A stretch of DNA of 64,000 nt from an uncultured Chloroflexia bacterium (GCA_963778815.1 CAVZVS010000004.1:131987-195986), one strand, 5' to 3'; positions 45,223-56,088 are shown, counted from the stretch's first letter. Notes: generated by a model from the letters alone, not told the origin. Numbers and translations: made by a program.

Positions 45223-46963
45223 ATGCCCGACCGAAGCCACCCCTACGACCTGCCCAGCGATCCCGCCAAGCGCCATTCGCACGCCCTGACCGACGGGCCA
45301 GATCGAGCCGCCGCTCGGGCGATGCTCAAGGCGATCGGCTTCACCGACGAGGACCTGGCCAAGCCCCTGGTCGGAGTGGGCACGACCTGGATCGAGACGA
45401 TGCCCTGCAACTACAACCAGCGTCGCCTGGCCGAGCAGGTCAAGGCCGGCATCCGGGCGGCCGGCGGGACGCCCATGGAATTCAACACGGTCTCGGTCAG
45501 CGATGGCGTGTCGATGGGCTCGGAGGGGATGAAGGCGAGCCTGGTCAGCCGCGAGGTCGTGGCCGATTCGATCGAATTGGTCGTGCGCGGTCACCTGCTC
45601 GACGGGGTGGTCTGCATCGTCGGTTGTGACAAGACCATCCCCGGCGCCGCCATGGCCCTCGGCCGGCTCGACGTCCCGGGCATCGTGCTCTACAGCGGGA
45701 CGATCTATCCAGGCACCTACAAGGGCAGAGCGCAACGCGACCGTCGTGACCGTCTTCGAGGCGATCGGGGCCTACCGGGCCGGGACGATCAGCCTCGACG
45801 AGCTGTACGAGGTCGAGAACGCGGCTTGCCCCGGTCCAGGGGCGTGCGGCGGCCAGTTCACGGCCAACACGATGAGCCAGGTCATGGAGTTCATCGGCCT
45901 GTCGCCGGCCGGACTCAACGGGATCCCGGCCGAGGATCCGAGCAAGGATGGGGCGGCCTACACCACCGGCGAGCTGGTCATGGACCTGGTCCGACGGGAC
46001 ATCCGGCCGTCGACCTTCGTGACCCGCGAAGCCCTCGAGGACGGGATCGCCTCGATCGCCGCGACCGGTGGCTCGACCAACGGCGTGCTCCACATGCTGG
46101 CGATCGCCCACGAGTTCGGGATCAAGCTCGACATCGACCGCTTCGGCACGGTCGCCGACCGGACCCCGATCGTGGCCGACTTGCAGCCAGGCGGGCGATT
46201 CACCGCGTCCGACATCTACGACGCCGGTGGGGTCGCCCTGGTCATGCGCGAGCTCCTCAAGCAGGACCTGCTCCACGGCGACCGGCCGACGGTCGACGGC
46301 CGGACCATCAGCCAGATCGCGGCAGACGTGGAGGAGACGCCCGGCCAGGAGGTCGTGGTCCCGATCGAACGGCCGATCAAGCCGACCGGAGGCCTGGCCA
46401 TCCTGCGCGGGTCGCTGGCGCCCGACGGTTGCGTGGTCAAGCTGGCCGGTCACGAACGACGCCTCCACCGCGGACCGGCCCGTGTCTTCGATTCGGAGAC
46501 CGCCTGCTACGAAGCGGTCCGCGACCGTCGGATCGTGGCCGGCGATGTCGTGGTCATCCGCTACGAGGGTCCCGTCGGTGGACCGGGCATGCAGGAGATG
46601 CTGAGCGTGACCGGGGCGCTGGTCGGCGAGGGTCTGGGGGACACGGTCGCGCTTGTGACCGACGGTCGCTTCTCGGGCGGCACCCACGGCCTGATGATCG
46701 GCCACATCGCCCCGGAGGCTGCCCTGGGCGGTCCGATCGGCCTGGTCGAGGAGGGCGACTCGATCGTCATCGATGTCGACCGCAAGGCCCTCGACCTAGA
46801 CGTGCCGGCCTACGAGCTGGAGCGTCGACGGGCGCGCTGGACGGCACCCGAGCCGCACTACCTGGGCGGCGTGATGGCCAAGTACGCGGCCCTGGTCAGT
46901 TCCGCCTCGGATGGTGCGGTCACGACGGGTGCACGGATGACGGCCGGCCTGCGCGGCCGGTGA
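45223..46963 (+). pseudogene. ilvD: dihydroxy-acid dehydratase, one frame disruption near 45730
   Basis: The N-terminus is in ORF 45223.. (…[29 protein letters not shown]…[11 protein letters not shown]…). The rest is in ORF 45626..46963 (…TVFEAIGAY…[16 protein letters not shown]…[11 protein letters not shown]…). Removing the A in ggcAgagcgc gives [14 protein letters not shown]. Confidence 0.85.
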
Positions 46964-47847
46964 GCCACGTCCTGATCGGCTTCAAGACGTCGCCCCAGGA
47001 CGTCGACTGGCCGACCCTCGACGCGACCTGGGCACTGGCCGGCGAACTGCCGATCTTCGAGTCGGCCTGGATGAACGACCATCTCACCAACCCCAACCTC
47101 GCGCGGGGCGGTTCGAGCTGGGAGCCGATGACCGTCTCGGCGGCACTGGCCCATCGCGTCCCCGGCAAGTGGATCGGTCAGGCGGTCCTGTCGAACACGT
47201 TCCGTCTCCCGGCACTGCTGGCCAAGCAGGCCACGGCGATGGATCTGATCACGGGTGGCCGATTCATCCTCGGCCTGGGCGCTGGCTGGCATGACGGCGA
47301 GCACGACGACTTCGGGATCCCGCTGCCGCCGATCGGCGAGCGGATCTCGCGTCTGGAGTCCGCGGTCAAGGTCATCCGGGCACTGGGCTCGGCGGAAGCC
47401 GCGGTGCCGCCTGGAGTCACTCTCGACGATCCCTACTACCCTCTCCGCGGGGCGCTCAACCTGCCCGGTCCGGTGACCCCCGGTGGACCTCCGCTGTGGC
47501 TGGGTGGCCAGAAGCCCCGCGGCTTCCGGATGGCGGCGAGGTACGCCGACGGCTGGGTCCTGCCGGCGGCCGACGACGCCGGGTTGGACGAGTTCCGGGC
47601 GCGCCGGGAAGCGATCCTCGGCGAGCTCGAAGCGATCGGCCGAGACCCTGCGACCTTCACTTTCGCCGGCCAGCTGCCGACCGGGCGGACGCCAGCCGAC
47701 AGGGTCGCCGCACTGGAGATCGGGCGTCGGTTCGTGGCCGCCGGAGCCGGCCATGTCCTGCTCGGGATGCCGGCCGGTCTCGGACCGGACGGTCTGGCCG
47801 CCGTGGCCCGGGAAGTCGCCGAGCCGCTGCGCGCGGCCATCGGCTGA
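46960..47847 (+). CDS. LLM-class (luciferase-like) F420/flavin-dependent oxidoreductase
   Basis: Tail of ORF 45223..47847. GTG 46960 overlaps the ilvD stop (GTGA). ...[19 protein letters not shown]... Confidence 0.7.
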   Translation: MSHVLIGFKTSPQDVDWPTLDATWALAGELPIFESAWMNDHLTNPNLARGGSSWEPMTVSAALAHRVPGKWIGQAVLSNTFRLPALLAKQATAMDLITGGRFILGLGAGWHDGEHDDFGIPLPPIGERISRLESAVKVIRALGSAEAAVPPGVTLDDPYYPLRGALNLPGPVTPGGPPLWLGGQKPRGFRMAARYADGWVLPAADDAGLDEFRARREAILGELEAIGRDPATFTFAGQLPTGRTPADRVAALEIGRRFVAAGAGHVLLGMPAGLGPDGLAAVAREVAEPLRAAIG

Positions 47848-47891
47848 GTCCAGCGCCGGCCGCCGGGCGCGGATTGCGGCATCATGACGTC

Positions 47892-48191
47892 GTGACCGAC
47901 GAACCCCGACCAGCCGACCCGGCCAAGGCCAGCCCGATCACCGACGCCGTCTTCGATTCCATCCAGACGCGGCCGGGCAAGGCCATGCCCTGGCCCCCGG
48001 CGCCGGATCAGCGCGGCCTGGCCTCACCTTATCCTCCCGGAGGTGTCGATCCGAATCCCGACGCCGGGCAGCGCGAGGACCGCTACTACCTCCGGCTGCT
48101 GGTGGCGATGATCATGATCATCGTCCTGAGCGGGTTCGCGGTGACCATCATCGCCCTGGTCCTCGGGATCTCCAGTCCTGGGGCCGAGTGA
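47892..48191 (+). CDS. small C-terminally TM-anchored protein
   Basis: In-frame part of ORF 47496..48191 from GTG 47892. C-terminal helix LLVAMIMIIVLSGFAVTIIALVL. Its stop overlaps the next start (GTGA). Confidence 0.3.
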   Translation: MTDEPRPADPAKASPITDAVFDSIQTRPGKAMPWPPAPDQRGLASPYPPGGVDPNPDAGQREDRYYLRLLVAMIMIIVLSGFAVTIIALVLGISSPGAE

Positions 48192-49627
48192 GGTTGACCG
48201 GGCCCGGTCGTCCGTCCGACGCCGTCCCGTCGGCCGATTGGGATCGGGCCTACGGCGACCTCATCGAGCAGGTTCGGACGCTCATCCGGATCCCGAGCGT
48301 CAATCCCCCTCCGGACGATGGTGACGGCGAGCTCCGCGCCGCTCGTGAGATCGGGGCGATCCTGGCTGAGGCGGGGATCCCATCGGAGATCGTCGAGCCA
48401 GTCGCCGGGCGTGGCTCCATCACCGCTCGCCTGCATGGCGACGGCAGCGGCGGTGAACCGTTGCTGCTGCTGTCACACCTCGACGTGGTGCCGGCGCCGC
48501 CGGAGCTGTGGACCCACGACCCGTTCGCCGCCGACCTTGCCGATGGCTATATCTGGGGCCGTGGCGCGGTCGATATGAAGGGCATGGTCGGGATGGAGCT
48601 CGGGGTCCTCGGACGCTTGGCGGCCGAGGCCCGTGCCCACGGCCGTGATCCCGCCAGTGACCCGATCCCGGGGCTGACCCGGGATATCCTGTTCGCGGCC
48701 ACCGCCGATGAGGAGGCCGGCGGTCGACACGGTGCCGGCTGGATCGTGGATCACCGTCCCGAACTGCTCCAGGCGGCCGGCGCGATCAACGAGTGCGGTG
48801 GCGTGTCGGTCGACTTCGGGCGTCGTCGGTTCTATCCGATCGGCGTCGCCGAGAAGGGCTACGTCGACGTCCGGATCGTCGTCCACGGGACATGGGGCCA
48901 CGGCTCGATGCCGCGCCCGGACAACGCGGCCGTGCGAGCCGCGGCCATCGTGACCCGCCTGGCCGAGCCCGGCCCCCCGCGGCTCGTCCCGTCGATGGCT
49001 CGTTTCTTCGGGACGATCGCTGCCGAGATCGGCGGCGCAGCCGGGGACGTGGTCCGACGGATCGCATCGCCCGACAGCGCCGAGAGCGAGGCGGCGATCG
49101 CCGAGGCCTGCCTCGATGAGATGTACGGTCGGGCCGTCCGGGCGCTCCTGCGCGACACCGCGTCGCCCAACGTCATCCGGGCCGGCATCAAGTACAACGT
49201 CATCCCCGGGGTCGCCGAGGTGGAGGTCGACGGGCGGACCTTGCCGGGCACCGACGAGACCGCGATGCTGGCCGAACTCGAGCGCCGGATCGGTCCCGAC
49301 CTGATGGCCCACTGTGAGCTCGAGCTCATCCGGTCGGCGGCGGCGGTCGAGGCGTCGTTGGACACCGACCTATACCGGATCATGACCGCGACGCTGGTCG
49401 ATCACGACCCGGGCGGGGTGCCCGTCCCGATCCTGGCCCCGTTCGCCACCGATGCCAAGCACACCGTCCGCCTCGGTATCCCGACGTACGGCTTCTCGCC
49501 GCTCCGACTCGACTCCGACGAGCGCTTCCTGGAGCGGTTCCACGGGGTCGATGAGCGGGTCGGTGTCGATGCCCTCCGGTTCGGGCTGCCGGTCCTGTAC
49601 GACGTCGTCCGGCGCTACTGCGGCTGA
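48188..49627 (+). CDS. M20/M25/M40 family metallopeptidase/deacylase
   Basis: ORF of 479 aa. LLLLSHLDVVPA...WTHDPF...GYIWGRGAVDMKG...ADEEAGG. Confidence 0.8.
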   Translation: MRLTGPGRPSDAVPSADWDRAYGDLIEQVRTLIRIPSVNPPPDDGDGELRAAREIGAILAEAGIPSEIVEPVAGRGSITARLHGDGSGGEPLLLLSHLDVVPAPPELWTHDPFAADLADGYIWGRGAVDMKGMVGMELGVLGRLAAEARAHGRDPASDPIPGLTRDILFAATADEEAGGRHGAGWIVDHRPELLQAAGAINECGGVSVDFGRRRFYPIGVAEKGYVDVRIVVHGTWGHGSMPRPDNAAVRAAAIVTRLAEPGPPRLVPSMARFFGTIAAEIGGAAGDVVRRIASPDSAESEAAIAEACLDEMYGRAVRALLRDTASPNVIRAGIKYNVIPGVAEVEVDGRTLPGTDETAMLAELERRIGPDLMAHCELELIRSAAAVEASLDTDLYRIMTATLVDHDPGGVPVPILAPFATDAKHTVRLGIPTYGFSPLRLDSDERFLERFHGVDERVGVDALRFGLPVLYDVVRRYCG

Positions 49628-49800
49628 CCGGGAGACGCGAGCCCCGGTCGGCCCGCCACTCCCGCGGCGGTCGCCCCGCCCGCTGCCACGCCAGAGCTCC
49701 GGTGACCGCTCGCACCACGATCCATCGCCAGCTGATCCGTGGCCAACGACCCCGCTCTACGATGACCTGACCGCCGTGTCATCGGTGGAGGTGATCGTCC

Positions 49801-51627
49801 ATGCCCACGCGCCGGATCCTCGCGGTCCTCATCGCCATCGTCCTGAGCGCCGCCCTCAGCGGGTCGGTCGGGGCCGCCCAGAAACCGGCCCGTGTCGCGG
49901 TCATCGTCGGCCCGGCCGGTGAGCTGACGGGGCTGTACCGCTCGATCGGCCTGGATGCCGCCCGCGAAGCGCGCCGCTGGACCACCGATGTCGTCACGGT
50001 CATGACCCCCGATGCGACCTGGCCTGCTGTCAAACGTGCCCTTCGCGGGGCGTCGGTCGTGGTCTACCTCGGCCATGGCAACGGGTTCCCGTCGCCCTAC
50101 CGGGACTCGCTCTTTCGACCGACCCAGAACGGCTTGGGCTTGAATCCGGTCGCCGGCGGCGACGATACCGCCCACCAGTACTTCGGCGAGGCGTTCCTCG
50201 CCCGCGAGGTCCGCCTCGCGCCCGGGGCGGTCGTCCTGCTCCACCACCTGTGCTACGCCAGCGGCAACTCTGAGCCGGGTCTCGCCGAGGGGACGCTCGA
50301 CGTCGGTCGGCAGCGGGTCGACAACTACGCGGCCGGCTGGCTGGCCGCCGGTGCGGGTGCGGTCATCGCCGACACCTTCGGGGCACCCGGGCCCTATCTC
50401 AAGGCACTCTTCGGGACGAACCAGTCGATCGACCGGATCTGGCGCGATGCCCCGACCTTCCACGACCACGTCCTGACCTTCCCGAGCACCCGGACACCGG
50501 GCGACCTGGCCTCGATGGATCCGACCCGACCCGACTCGGGCTTCAATCGATCGCTGGTGGTCCGGCCCGGCCTGACCGCCGGCGACATGCGCGACGGAGC
50601 AGGGCAGGTCGCCACGCTACCGATCCGGTCGGCCGGCCCGAGCGATCCCACGGTCGGCTCGCTGGCCCAGCTCGGGGTGACCTTCCAGGCCCCCACCCTG
50701 GCTCCGCTTCCAGCCGGCCGGAGCGGTCTCGTCGCCGGGTCCACGGCGACCTTGAACCTGCCGATCAAGACTCCGTCGGGGCCGAGCCTGCCCAGAAACC
50801 TGCAGCTCGGGGTCCGTTGGGACCCGATCGCCCTCGATCCGGCGGTCGACCCGGTCATGACGCCCGCCCCGGATCCGGGACCGGCCCTCGCCCCGAACCC
50901 ATCACCCACGACCACGGTCGGACCGAACTCGGGGTCGCCGCCGCGCGGCCGTCCAGCGCCACGCCCCGGGCCGACGGCGACACCAGCCCCGACCGACCCG
51001 CCGACCATCGACCTGGTCGCTCCCGAGGTCCAGGGGTCGGTCGTGACCACGGCCCGGGCCAGGCTGCTCAAGGGCCGGCTCCGAGTGACCGTCCGGCTAC
51101 CGATGGCACCCGGCAGCTACCGGCTGGTGACCACGATCCATGGATCTGACGGGATCGCCTTCGACGCAGCGACCCAGGTCCTGGTGCCCGCCCTGACCGT
51201 CCGGGTCAGCCGGCCGCTGTCGGCGGCCTACGGCGTGGTCCCTGTCCTCCGGCTCACCGCCGGCGTGGCGACGATCCTGCCGGTCCGGGTCGTGAACGAC
51301 GGCGCGCTGACCTGGGCGGACCCGGCAGCGGTGCCCGAGGACCTGATCGATCCGTCGGTCATCCGGGCCCACCCCGCCGCCCGGCTGGTCGGTCGCTGGA
51401 TCCCGCTGGCGGTCGGCCAGGCCGGCGATGCCGTTGGCGAACGGACGGTCCCGATCGACGCCCAGCCCGGTTCCGAGGTGACGGTCCAGCTTGCCCTGAC
51501 CGCGCCGATCGTGGCCGGCGACTACCTGCTGGTCCTCGACGTGGACAGCCCACTCCACGGCTCGCTGGCGGCCGGCGGAGTCCCGCCGGGACAGGTCCGC
51601 GTCTCGGTCAGTCCTGGGGCGCCTTGA
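49801..51627 (+). CDS. secreted protein with clan-CD-like (His-Gly / Cys) N-terminal domain and C-terminal Ig-like domains
   Basis: ORF of 608 aa with a GGAGG RBS. Signal ILAVLIAIVLSAALSGSVGAAQ. VVVYLGHGNG and VVLLHHLCYASG each follow a hydrophobic strand. Pro-rich linker, then beta-rich C-terminal region. Confidence 0.55.
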   Translation: MPTRRILAVLIAIVLSAALSGSVGAAQKPARVAVIVGPAGELTGLYRSIGLDAAREARRWTTDVVTVMTPDATWPAVKRALRGASVVVYLGHGNGFPSPYRDSLFRPTQNGLGLNPVAGGDDTAHQYFGEAFLAREVRLAPGAVVLLHHLCYASGNSEPGLAEGTLDVGRQRVDNYAAGWLAAGAGAVIADTFGAPGPYLKALFGTNQSIDRIWRDAPTFHDHVLTFPSTRTPGDLASMDPTRPDSGFNRSLVVRPGLTAGDMRDGAGQVATLPIRSAGPSDPTVGSLAQLGVTFQAPTLAPLPAGRSGLVAGSTATLNLPIKTPSGPSLPRNLQLGVRWDPIALDPAVDPVMTPAPDPGPALAPNPSPTTTVGPNSGSPPRGRPAPRPGPTATPAPTDPPTIDLVAPEVQGSVVTTARARLLKGRLRVTVRLPMAPGSYRLVTTIHGSDGIAFDAATQVLVPALTVRVSRPLSAAYGVVPVLRLTAGVATILPVRVVNDGALTWADPAAVPEDLIDPSVIRAHPAARLVGRWIPLAVGQAGDAVGERTVPIDAQPGSEVTVQLALTAPIVAGDYLLVLDVDSPLHGSLAAGGVPPGQVRVSVSPGAP

Positions 51628-52210
51628 TCAAGCGTCCCCGCCGCGAGATGGCGCCCGTGGCCAGGGCGGCCACGCCCATGGCGATGAGCTTGCGTTCCGG
51701 GGGCGGGAGCGACCGGACCGCCGACAGGAACTGATCGGCGCGACCCCGGTCGACCACCCGGAGCAGGGCGTGCCCGCGTTGGGTCAGCCAGAGCGAGCGC
51801 TGGCGACGGTCCTCCTCCTCCTGACGCCGTTCCACGAGGCGTCGCCGGACGAGCCCCTCGACGAGGCGCGACGTCGCCGATGGGGAACGACCGAGCGCGT
51901 CGGCGAGATCCGCGACGGTCGTCGTCCCGGTGTCGGCCAGCACGTACAGCGCCGCGAGCTGGGTGAACCCGAGGCGCAGCTCACCGAGCTGCCAGGCGAA
52001 GCCCACGACCAGCTCGCGCCAGAGCGCCCGACCCATCGCCACCCGTTCGGAGATCTGGCGCGGGTTCTGGAGCGAGGTGCCAGCCGCCTGGACCGGACCG
52101 CTCAGGGCGGCCTCGAAGGTGCGCGCGATGGTCCGCTGCGAGGCGGTCCGCCGGACGGGCCGGGACCCGGCTCGGGAGGACGCTCGACCGGTCGTCGGTT
52201 CTGTGCTCAC
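51608..52210 (-). CDS. MarR family transcriptional regulator
   Basis: Inner part of ORF 51608..52417 from GTG 52210. ...LAALYVLADTGTTTVADLADALGRSPSATSRLVEGLVRRRLVER... Divergent from fabD (145-nt spacer). Confidence 0.75.
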   Translation of the reverse strand: MSTEPTTGRASSRAGSRPVRRTASQRTIARTFEAALSGPVQAAGTSLQNPRQISERVAMGRALWRELVVGFAWQLGELRLGFTQLAALYVLADTGTTTVADLADALGRSPSATSRLVEGLVRRRLVERRQEEEDRRQRSLWLTQRGHALLRVVDRGRADQFLSAVRSLPPPERKLIAMGVAALATGAISRRGRLIKAPQD

Positions 52211-52355
52211 CCGCTGAGCGTACGCTGCGGGCCGGGATGTGTGCAACCTTGCACACGCTGGCCGCTTGGACGACCCCGTCGGACGTACTCTCGGAGGTGA
52301 GCCGGTTCGCCTACCCGGCGACGCGCGCGCCCCGAAGATCGACCACAGGAGCCCG

Positions 52356-53321
52356 ATGCCTACGTCCGCCTTCGTTTTTCCCGGCCAGGGATCGCAGACC
52401 GTCGGGATGGGTCGCATCGTCGCCGCGGGCAGTCCCGCCGCGACTGCGGTCTTCGCCCAGGCGAACGAAGCGCTGGGCGAGTCGATCTCGAGCCTGGCCT
52501 GGGACGGGCCAGCCGACCTGCTCGACCGGACCGAGAATGCCCAGCCAGCCCTCCTGACGACCTCGATCGCCTACCTCGCGGCGGTGCGCCGTCGTTGGGC
52601 CGAGGCGGGTCTCGGCGACCCCCAGCCGGCCTTCTACGCGGGACACTCGATGGGTCAGTACAGCGCGATGGTCGCGGCCGGGGTGCTCGACCTGGGCGAT
52701 GCGATCCGACTCGTGCGCGAGCGCGGCCGCCTGATGCAGGCCTCGGGCGGCGGACGTGAAGGTCGGATGGCGGCCATCATCGGGCTGGACGAAGCGCGCT
52801 TGTCTGAGCTGGTGGATCAGGCCCGCAGCCACGGCGAGTTCGAGGTCGCCAACCGCAACTCACCCGGCCAGGTGGTCGTGTCCGGCGAACGGACGGCGGT
52901 CGAGGCTTCCCTGAACATCGCCCGCGAGCTCGGTGCCAAGCGTGCGATCGAGCTGCCCGTGTCAGTGGCCGCGCACTCGCCCTTGATGGCCGATGCAGCG
53001 GACGGGATGCGCTCCGCATTGGCCGACATCCGCTTCCGCGATCCGAGCGCTCCCCTCCTCGGCAACCGGGATGCCCGACTGCTGACGACCGGTGAGCAGG
53101 CACGGACCGAGCTCATCGAGCATCTGACGGCCGGTGTCGACTGGGTCCTGGCGGTCGAGACGATGGCCGCCGCCGGTGTCGAGCGGTTCCTCGAGATCGG
53201 ACCCGGCCGAGTCCTGACCGGACTGATCAAACGGATCGTGCCCGACCTCGAGGCGCTCGCCACCGACGCCCCGAATGCCATCGACGGCCTGGCCGTGCCC
53301 GGCCTCGAGAACCCTGCCTGA
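52356..53321 (+). CDS. fabD: malonyl-CoA:ACP transacylase
   Basis: ATG 52356 follows AGGAG. FVFPGQGSQTVGMG...GHSMGQYSA... Confidence 0.88.
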   Translation: MPTSAFVFPGQGSQTVGMGRIVAAGSPAATAVFAQANEALGESISSLAWDGPADLLDRTENAQPALLTTSIAYLAAVRRRWAEAGLGDPQPAFYAGHSMGQYSAMVAAGVLDLGDAIRLVRERGRLMQASGGGREGRMAAIIGLDEARLSELVDQARSHGEFEVANRNSPGQVVVSGERTAVEASLNIARELGAKRAIELPVSVAAHSPLMADAADGMRSALADIRFRDPSAPLLGNRDARLLTTGEQARTELIEHLTAGVDWVLAVETMAAAGVERFLEIGPGRVLTGLIKRIVPDLEALATDAPNAIDGLAVPGLENPA

Positions 53322-53341
53322 GCGATAGGAGAGATCAGCCC

Positions 53342-54604
53342 GTGCGTGCCCCCGACCACACCCGTCGCGTCGTCGTCACCGGCCTCGGCGTCATCAGTCC
53401 GGTCGGCAATGACAAGGACAGCGCCTGGGCCAACCTGACCAACGGCGTCTCCGGCATCCGCGAGATCACCAAGTTCGACGCGTCCGCCTACGAGCAGCGG
53501 GCGGCCGGCGAGGTCGACGGATTCGTGCCCAGCCAGTGGATGGACGCCAAGGCCGTCCGCCGCAGCGAGACATCGATGCACTACGGGGTGGCCGCTGCGA
53601 AGCAGGCCCTGGCCGACTCGGGGTTCGAGATCAACGACGAGAACCGGACCGAGGTCGGGGTCGTGTTCGGCTCCGGAGCCGGCGGTCAGTCGCTCATGAT
53701 CGACAGCGTCAACGCCCTGCGCGAGCGCGGTCCGCGGGGCGTCGCCCCGACCTTCATCGCCAACGCCCTGCCCGATTCGGCCTCCGGCATGATCGCCATC
53801 GAGACGGGCGCGATCGGTCACAACATGTGCATCGTGACGGCCTGCTCGACCGGGACCCACTGCGTGGCCGAAGCCGCCGAGGCGATCCGCCGGGGCGACT
53901 GCATCGCGATCATCTCGGGCTCGACCGAGATGCCCCTGCTCGAGGTCGGCCACGCTGGCTTCGCCAACATGCGCGGCCTCGGGGAGCCCCGGCCGGGCGA
54001 GCCGGTCGAGACCGTGTCACGGCCGTTCGACCTGACCCGCAACGGCTTCGTCCTGGGTGAGGGCGCGGGATCCCTGTTCCTGGAGGACCTCGAGCTGGCC
54101 AAGGCACGCGGGGCACGGATCTACGCCGAGGTCGTCGGCTACGGGTCGGCCGCCGACGGCTGGGACATGATCCAGCCGATCGCCGGCGGGATCGGCTCCG
54201 CCCGGGCGATGAAGATGGCCCTCGAACGGCGCGGCGTGCCGGCCGATGAGGTCGACCTGATCAACCCGCACGGCACCTCCACGCCGCTCGGCGATCAGCG
54301 CGAGGCGGAAGCGATCTGGACCGCCTTCGGGGCCCATACCCCGAACATCCAGATCAGCGCGACCAAGTCGATGACCGGCCACATGATGGGTGCCGCCGGC
54401 TCCTTCGAGGCCTTCGCCACGGTCATGTCGGTGGCCGAGCAGACGGTTCCCGCCACCCTCCACTACCGCGATCCCGACCCGCTCTGCAACCTGACCATCG
54501 CGACCGAGACCCACCGTCGCGAGATCCGCTACGGGCTCTCGAACAACATCGGCCTGGGCGGCCACAACGGCGCCGTCATCTTCGGACGCTACGACGGAGA
54601 CTGA
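53342..54604 (+). CDS. fabF: beta-ketoacyl-ACP synthase II (KAS), copy 1
   Basis: ORF of 420 aa. VVVTGLGVISPVG...; active-site TACSTG, HGTSTPLGD, GHMMGAAG. Confidence 0.88.
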   Translation: MRAPDHTRRVVVTGLGVISPVGNDKDSAWANLTNGVSGIREITKFDASAYEQRAAGEVDGFVPSQWMDAKAVRRSETSMHYGVAAAKQALADSGFEINDENRTEVGVVFGSGAGGQSLMIDSVNALRERGPRGVAPTFIANALPDSASGMIAIETGAIGHNMCIVTACSTGTHCVAEAAEAIRRGDCIAIISGSTEMPLLEVGHAGFANMRGLGEPRPGEPVETVSRPFDLTRNGFVLGEGAGSLFLEDLELAKARGARIYAEVVGYGSAADGWDMIQPIAGGIGSARAMKMALERRGVPADEVDLINPHGTSTPLGDQREAEAIWTAFGAHTPNIQISATKSMTGHMMGAAGSFEAFATVMSVAEQTVPATLHYRDPDPLCNLTIATETHRREIRYGLSNNIGLGGHNGAVIFGRYDGD

Positions 54605-54679
54605 GCGGCGAATGACTACAATCCGAGCGCTGCCCCAGGTCGCTCCGTCGGCGACCTCCGGTCGACCCTGAGGTATCCC

Positions 54680-55945
54680 GTGCCAAGTCAGGATCCTGCC
54701 CGCCGTGCCGTGATCACCGGTCTCGGCGCGGTCATGCCCATCGGCAACGACTTCCCGACCTACTGGGCCAACCTCCAGGCCGGCGTGGCCGGGACCCGAA
54801 GCATCCAGAGCTTCGACGCCTCGGCCTTCGAGGTGCGCATCGCGGCCGAGGTGCTCGACTTCGACCCGGCTTCGGCCATGGATCCGAAGATGGCCCGCCG
54901 GATGAGCCGGTTCATCGCCTTCGCGATGGCAGCGGGCAAGGAGGCGGTCGCCGACGCCGGGCTCGACTTCGAGGCGATGGACGAGGACCAGCGCGATCGG
55001 GTCGGCGTGGTGGTCAATACCGGCGGCGGCGGGATCGAGCAGATCATCCACGGGACCCAGGTCCACGACCAGCGCGGGCCGCGCTTCGTCAGCCCGTTCG
55101 CGGTCCCTGCCCTGTCCGGTTCGATGGCCGGTTGCATGCTCTCGATGGAATACGGACTGACCGGGCCGATCATGACCCAGGTCGCCGCTTGTGCGTCCTC
55201 GGTGATCGCCTTCCACGATGCCCTGCGCCTGATCCAGACGGGCGAGTGCGATGTCGTCCTGACCGGCGGCTCGGAGGCGCCCATCTGGCCGATGGGCGTC
55301 GCGGCCCTGGGCAACATGGGAGCCCTGTCACGGCGTAACGACGACCCCGGCCATGCTTCGCGACCGTTCGACCGCAACCGCGACGGGTTCGTCCTCGGTG
55401 AGGGCGGCGGCGTCGTGGTGGTCGAGTCACTCGAGCATGCCCGGCGCCGGGGAGCGACGCCGATCGCCGAGATCCTGGGCGGGGCGCTGACCTCCGACGC
55501 GTTCCATATCAGTGCCCCGGAACCGACCGGTCGGGGCCAGATCAAGGCGATGCAGAACGGTCTGCGCAACGCCGGAGTGAGCGGCGACGAGATCGACTAC
55601 ATCGTGGCCCACGGGACCTCCACCTCGCTCAACGACGTGACCGAGACGCGGGCGATCAAGGGAGCCTACGGCGAGCAGGCCCGGCGGATCCCGATCAGCT
55701 CGCCCAAGTCGATGATCGGCCATCTGGTCGGGGCGGCCGGGATCGCCAGCGCGCTGGCTGCCCTCGGGGCCATCCGCGACGGGGTCATCGCGCCGACGAT
55801 CAACCTGGACGATCCCGACGACGAATGCGACCTCGACTACGTCCCCCTGGTGGCCCGCCCGACCAGGGTCGAGACGGCGATGATCAACGGCTTCGGCTTC
55901 GGCGGCCAGAACGCCGTCGCGGTCTTCCGGCGGGTCGTCGACTGA
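54680..55945 (+). CDS. fabF: beta-ketoacyl-ACP synthase II (KAS), copy 2
   Basis: ORF of 421 aa. AVITGLGAVMPIG...; active-site AACASS, HGTSTSLND, GHLVGAAG. Confidence 0.88.
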   Translation: MPSQDPARRAVITGLGAVMPIGNDFPTYWANLQAGVAGTRSIQSFDASAFEVRIAAEVLDFDPASAMDPKMARRMSRFIAFAMAAGKEAVADAGLDFEAMDEDQRDRVGVVVNTGGGGIEQIIHGTQVHDQRGPRFVSPFAVPALSGSMAGCMLSMEYGLTGPIMTQVAACASSVIAFHDALRLIQTGECDVVLTGGSEAPIWPMGVAALGNMGALSRRNDDPGHASRPFDRNRDGFVLGEGGGVVVVESLEHARRRGATPIAEILGGALTSDAFHISAPEPTGRGQIKAMQNGLRNAGVSGDEIDYIVAHGTSTSLNDVTETRAIKGAYGEQARRIPISSPKSMIGHLVGAAGIASALAALGAIRDGVIAPTINLDDPDDECDLDYVPLVARPTRVETAMINGFGFGGQNAVAVFRRVVD

Positions 55946-55987
55946 CCGGTCCCCGGGCGATCCGGCCGGGTCGACTGTCACCGGGAC

Positions 55988-56030
55988 GACAGGCGGCCTG
56001 TCTCTCGGCGGGCTGACCGGCCGCCCGGTC
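55988..56030 (+). terminator. two short GC hairpins after the second KAS gene
   Basis: gacagg-cgg-cctgtc (55988-56002) and gaccgg-ccgc-ccggtc (56015-56030). No U tract. Confidence 0.3.
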
Positions 56031-56088
56031 GGGTCTACGGTTCCCCTGACCTTCCCGACAGGGAGCTGACCCCGGAGGAACCGCCGCG

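Noticed and set aside
45223-47847. Single 874-aa ORF spanning ilvD and the following gene.
   Set aside because: Only its first ~170 aa (the ilvD N-terminus) and its last ~295 aa (the LLM oxidoreductase) are protein-like. The middle is out-of-frame ilvD. The two real genes meet at a GTGA overlap at 46960-46963.
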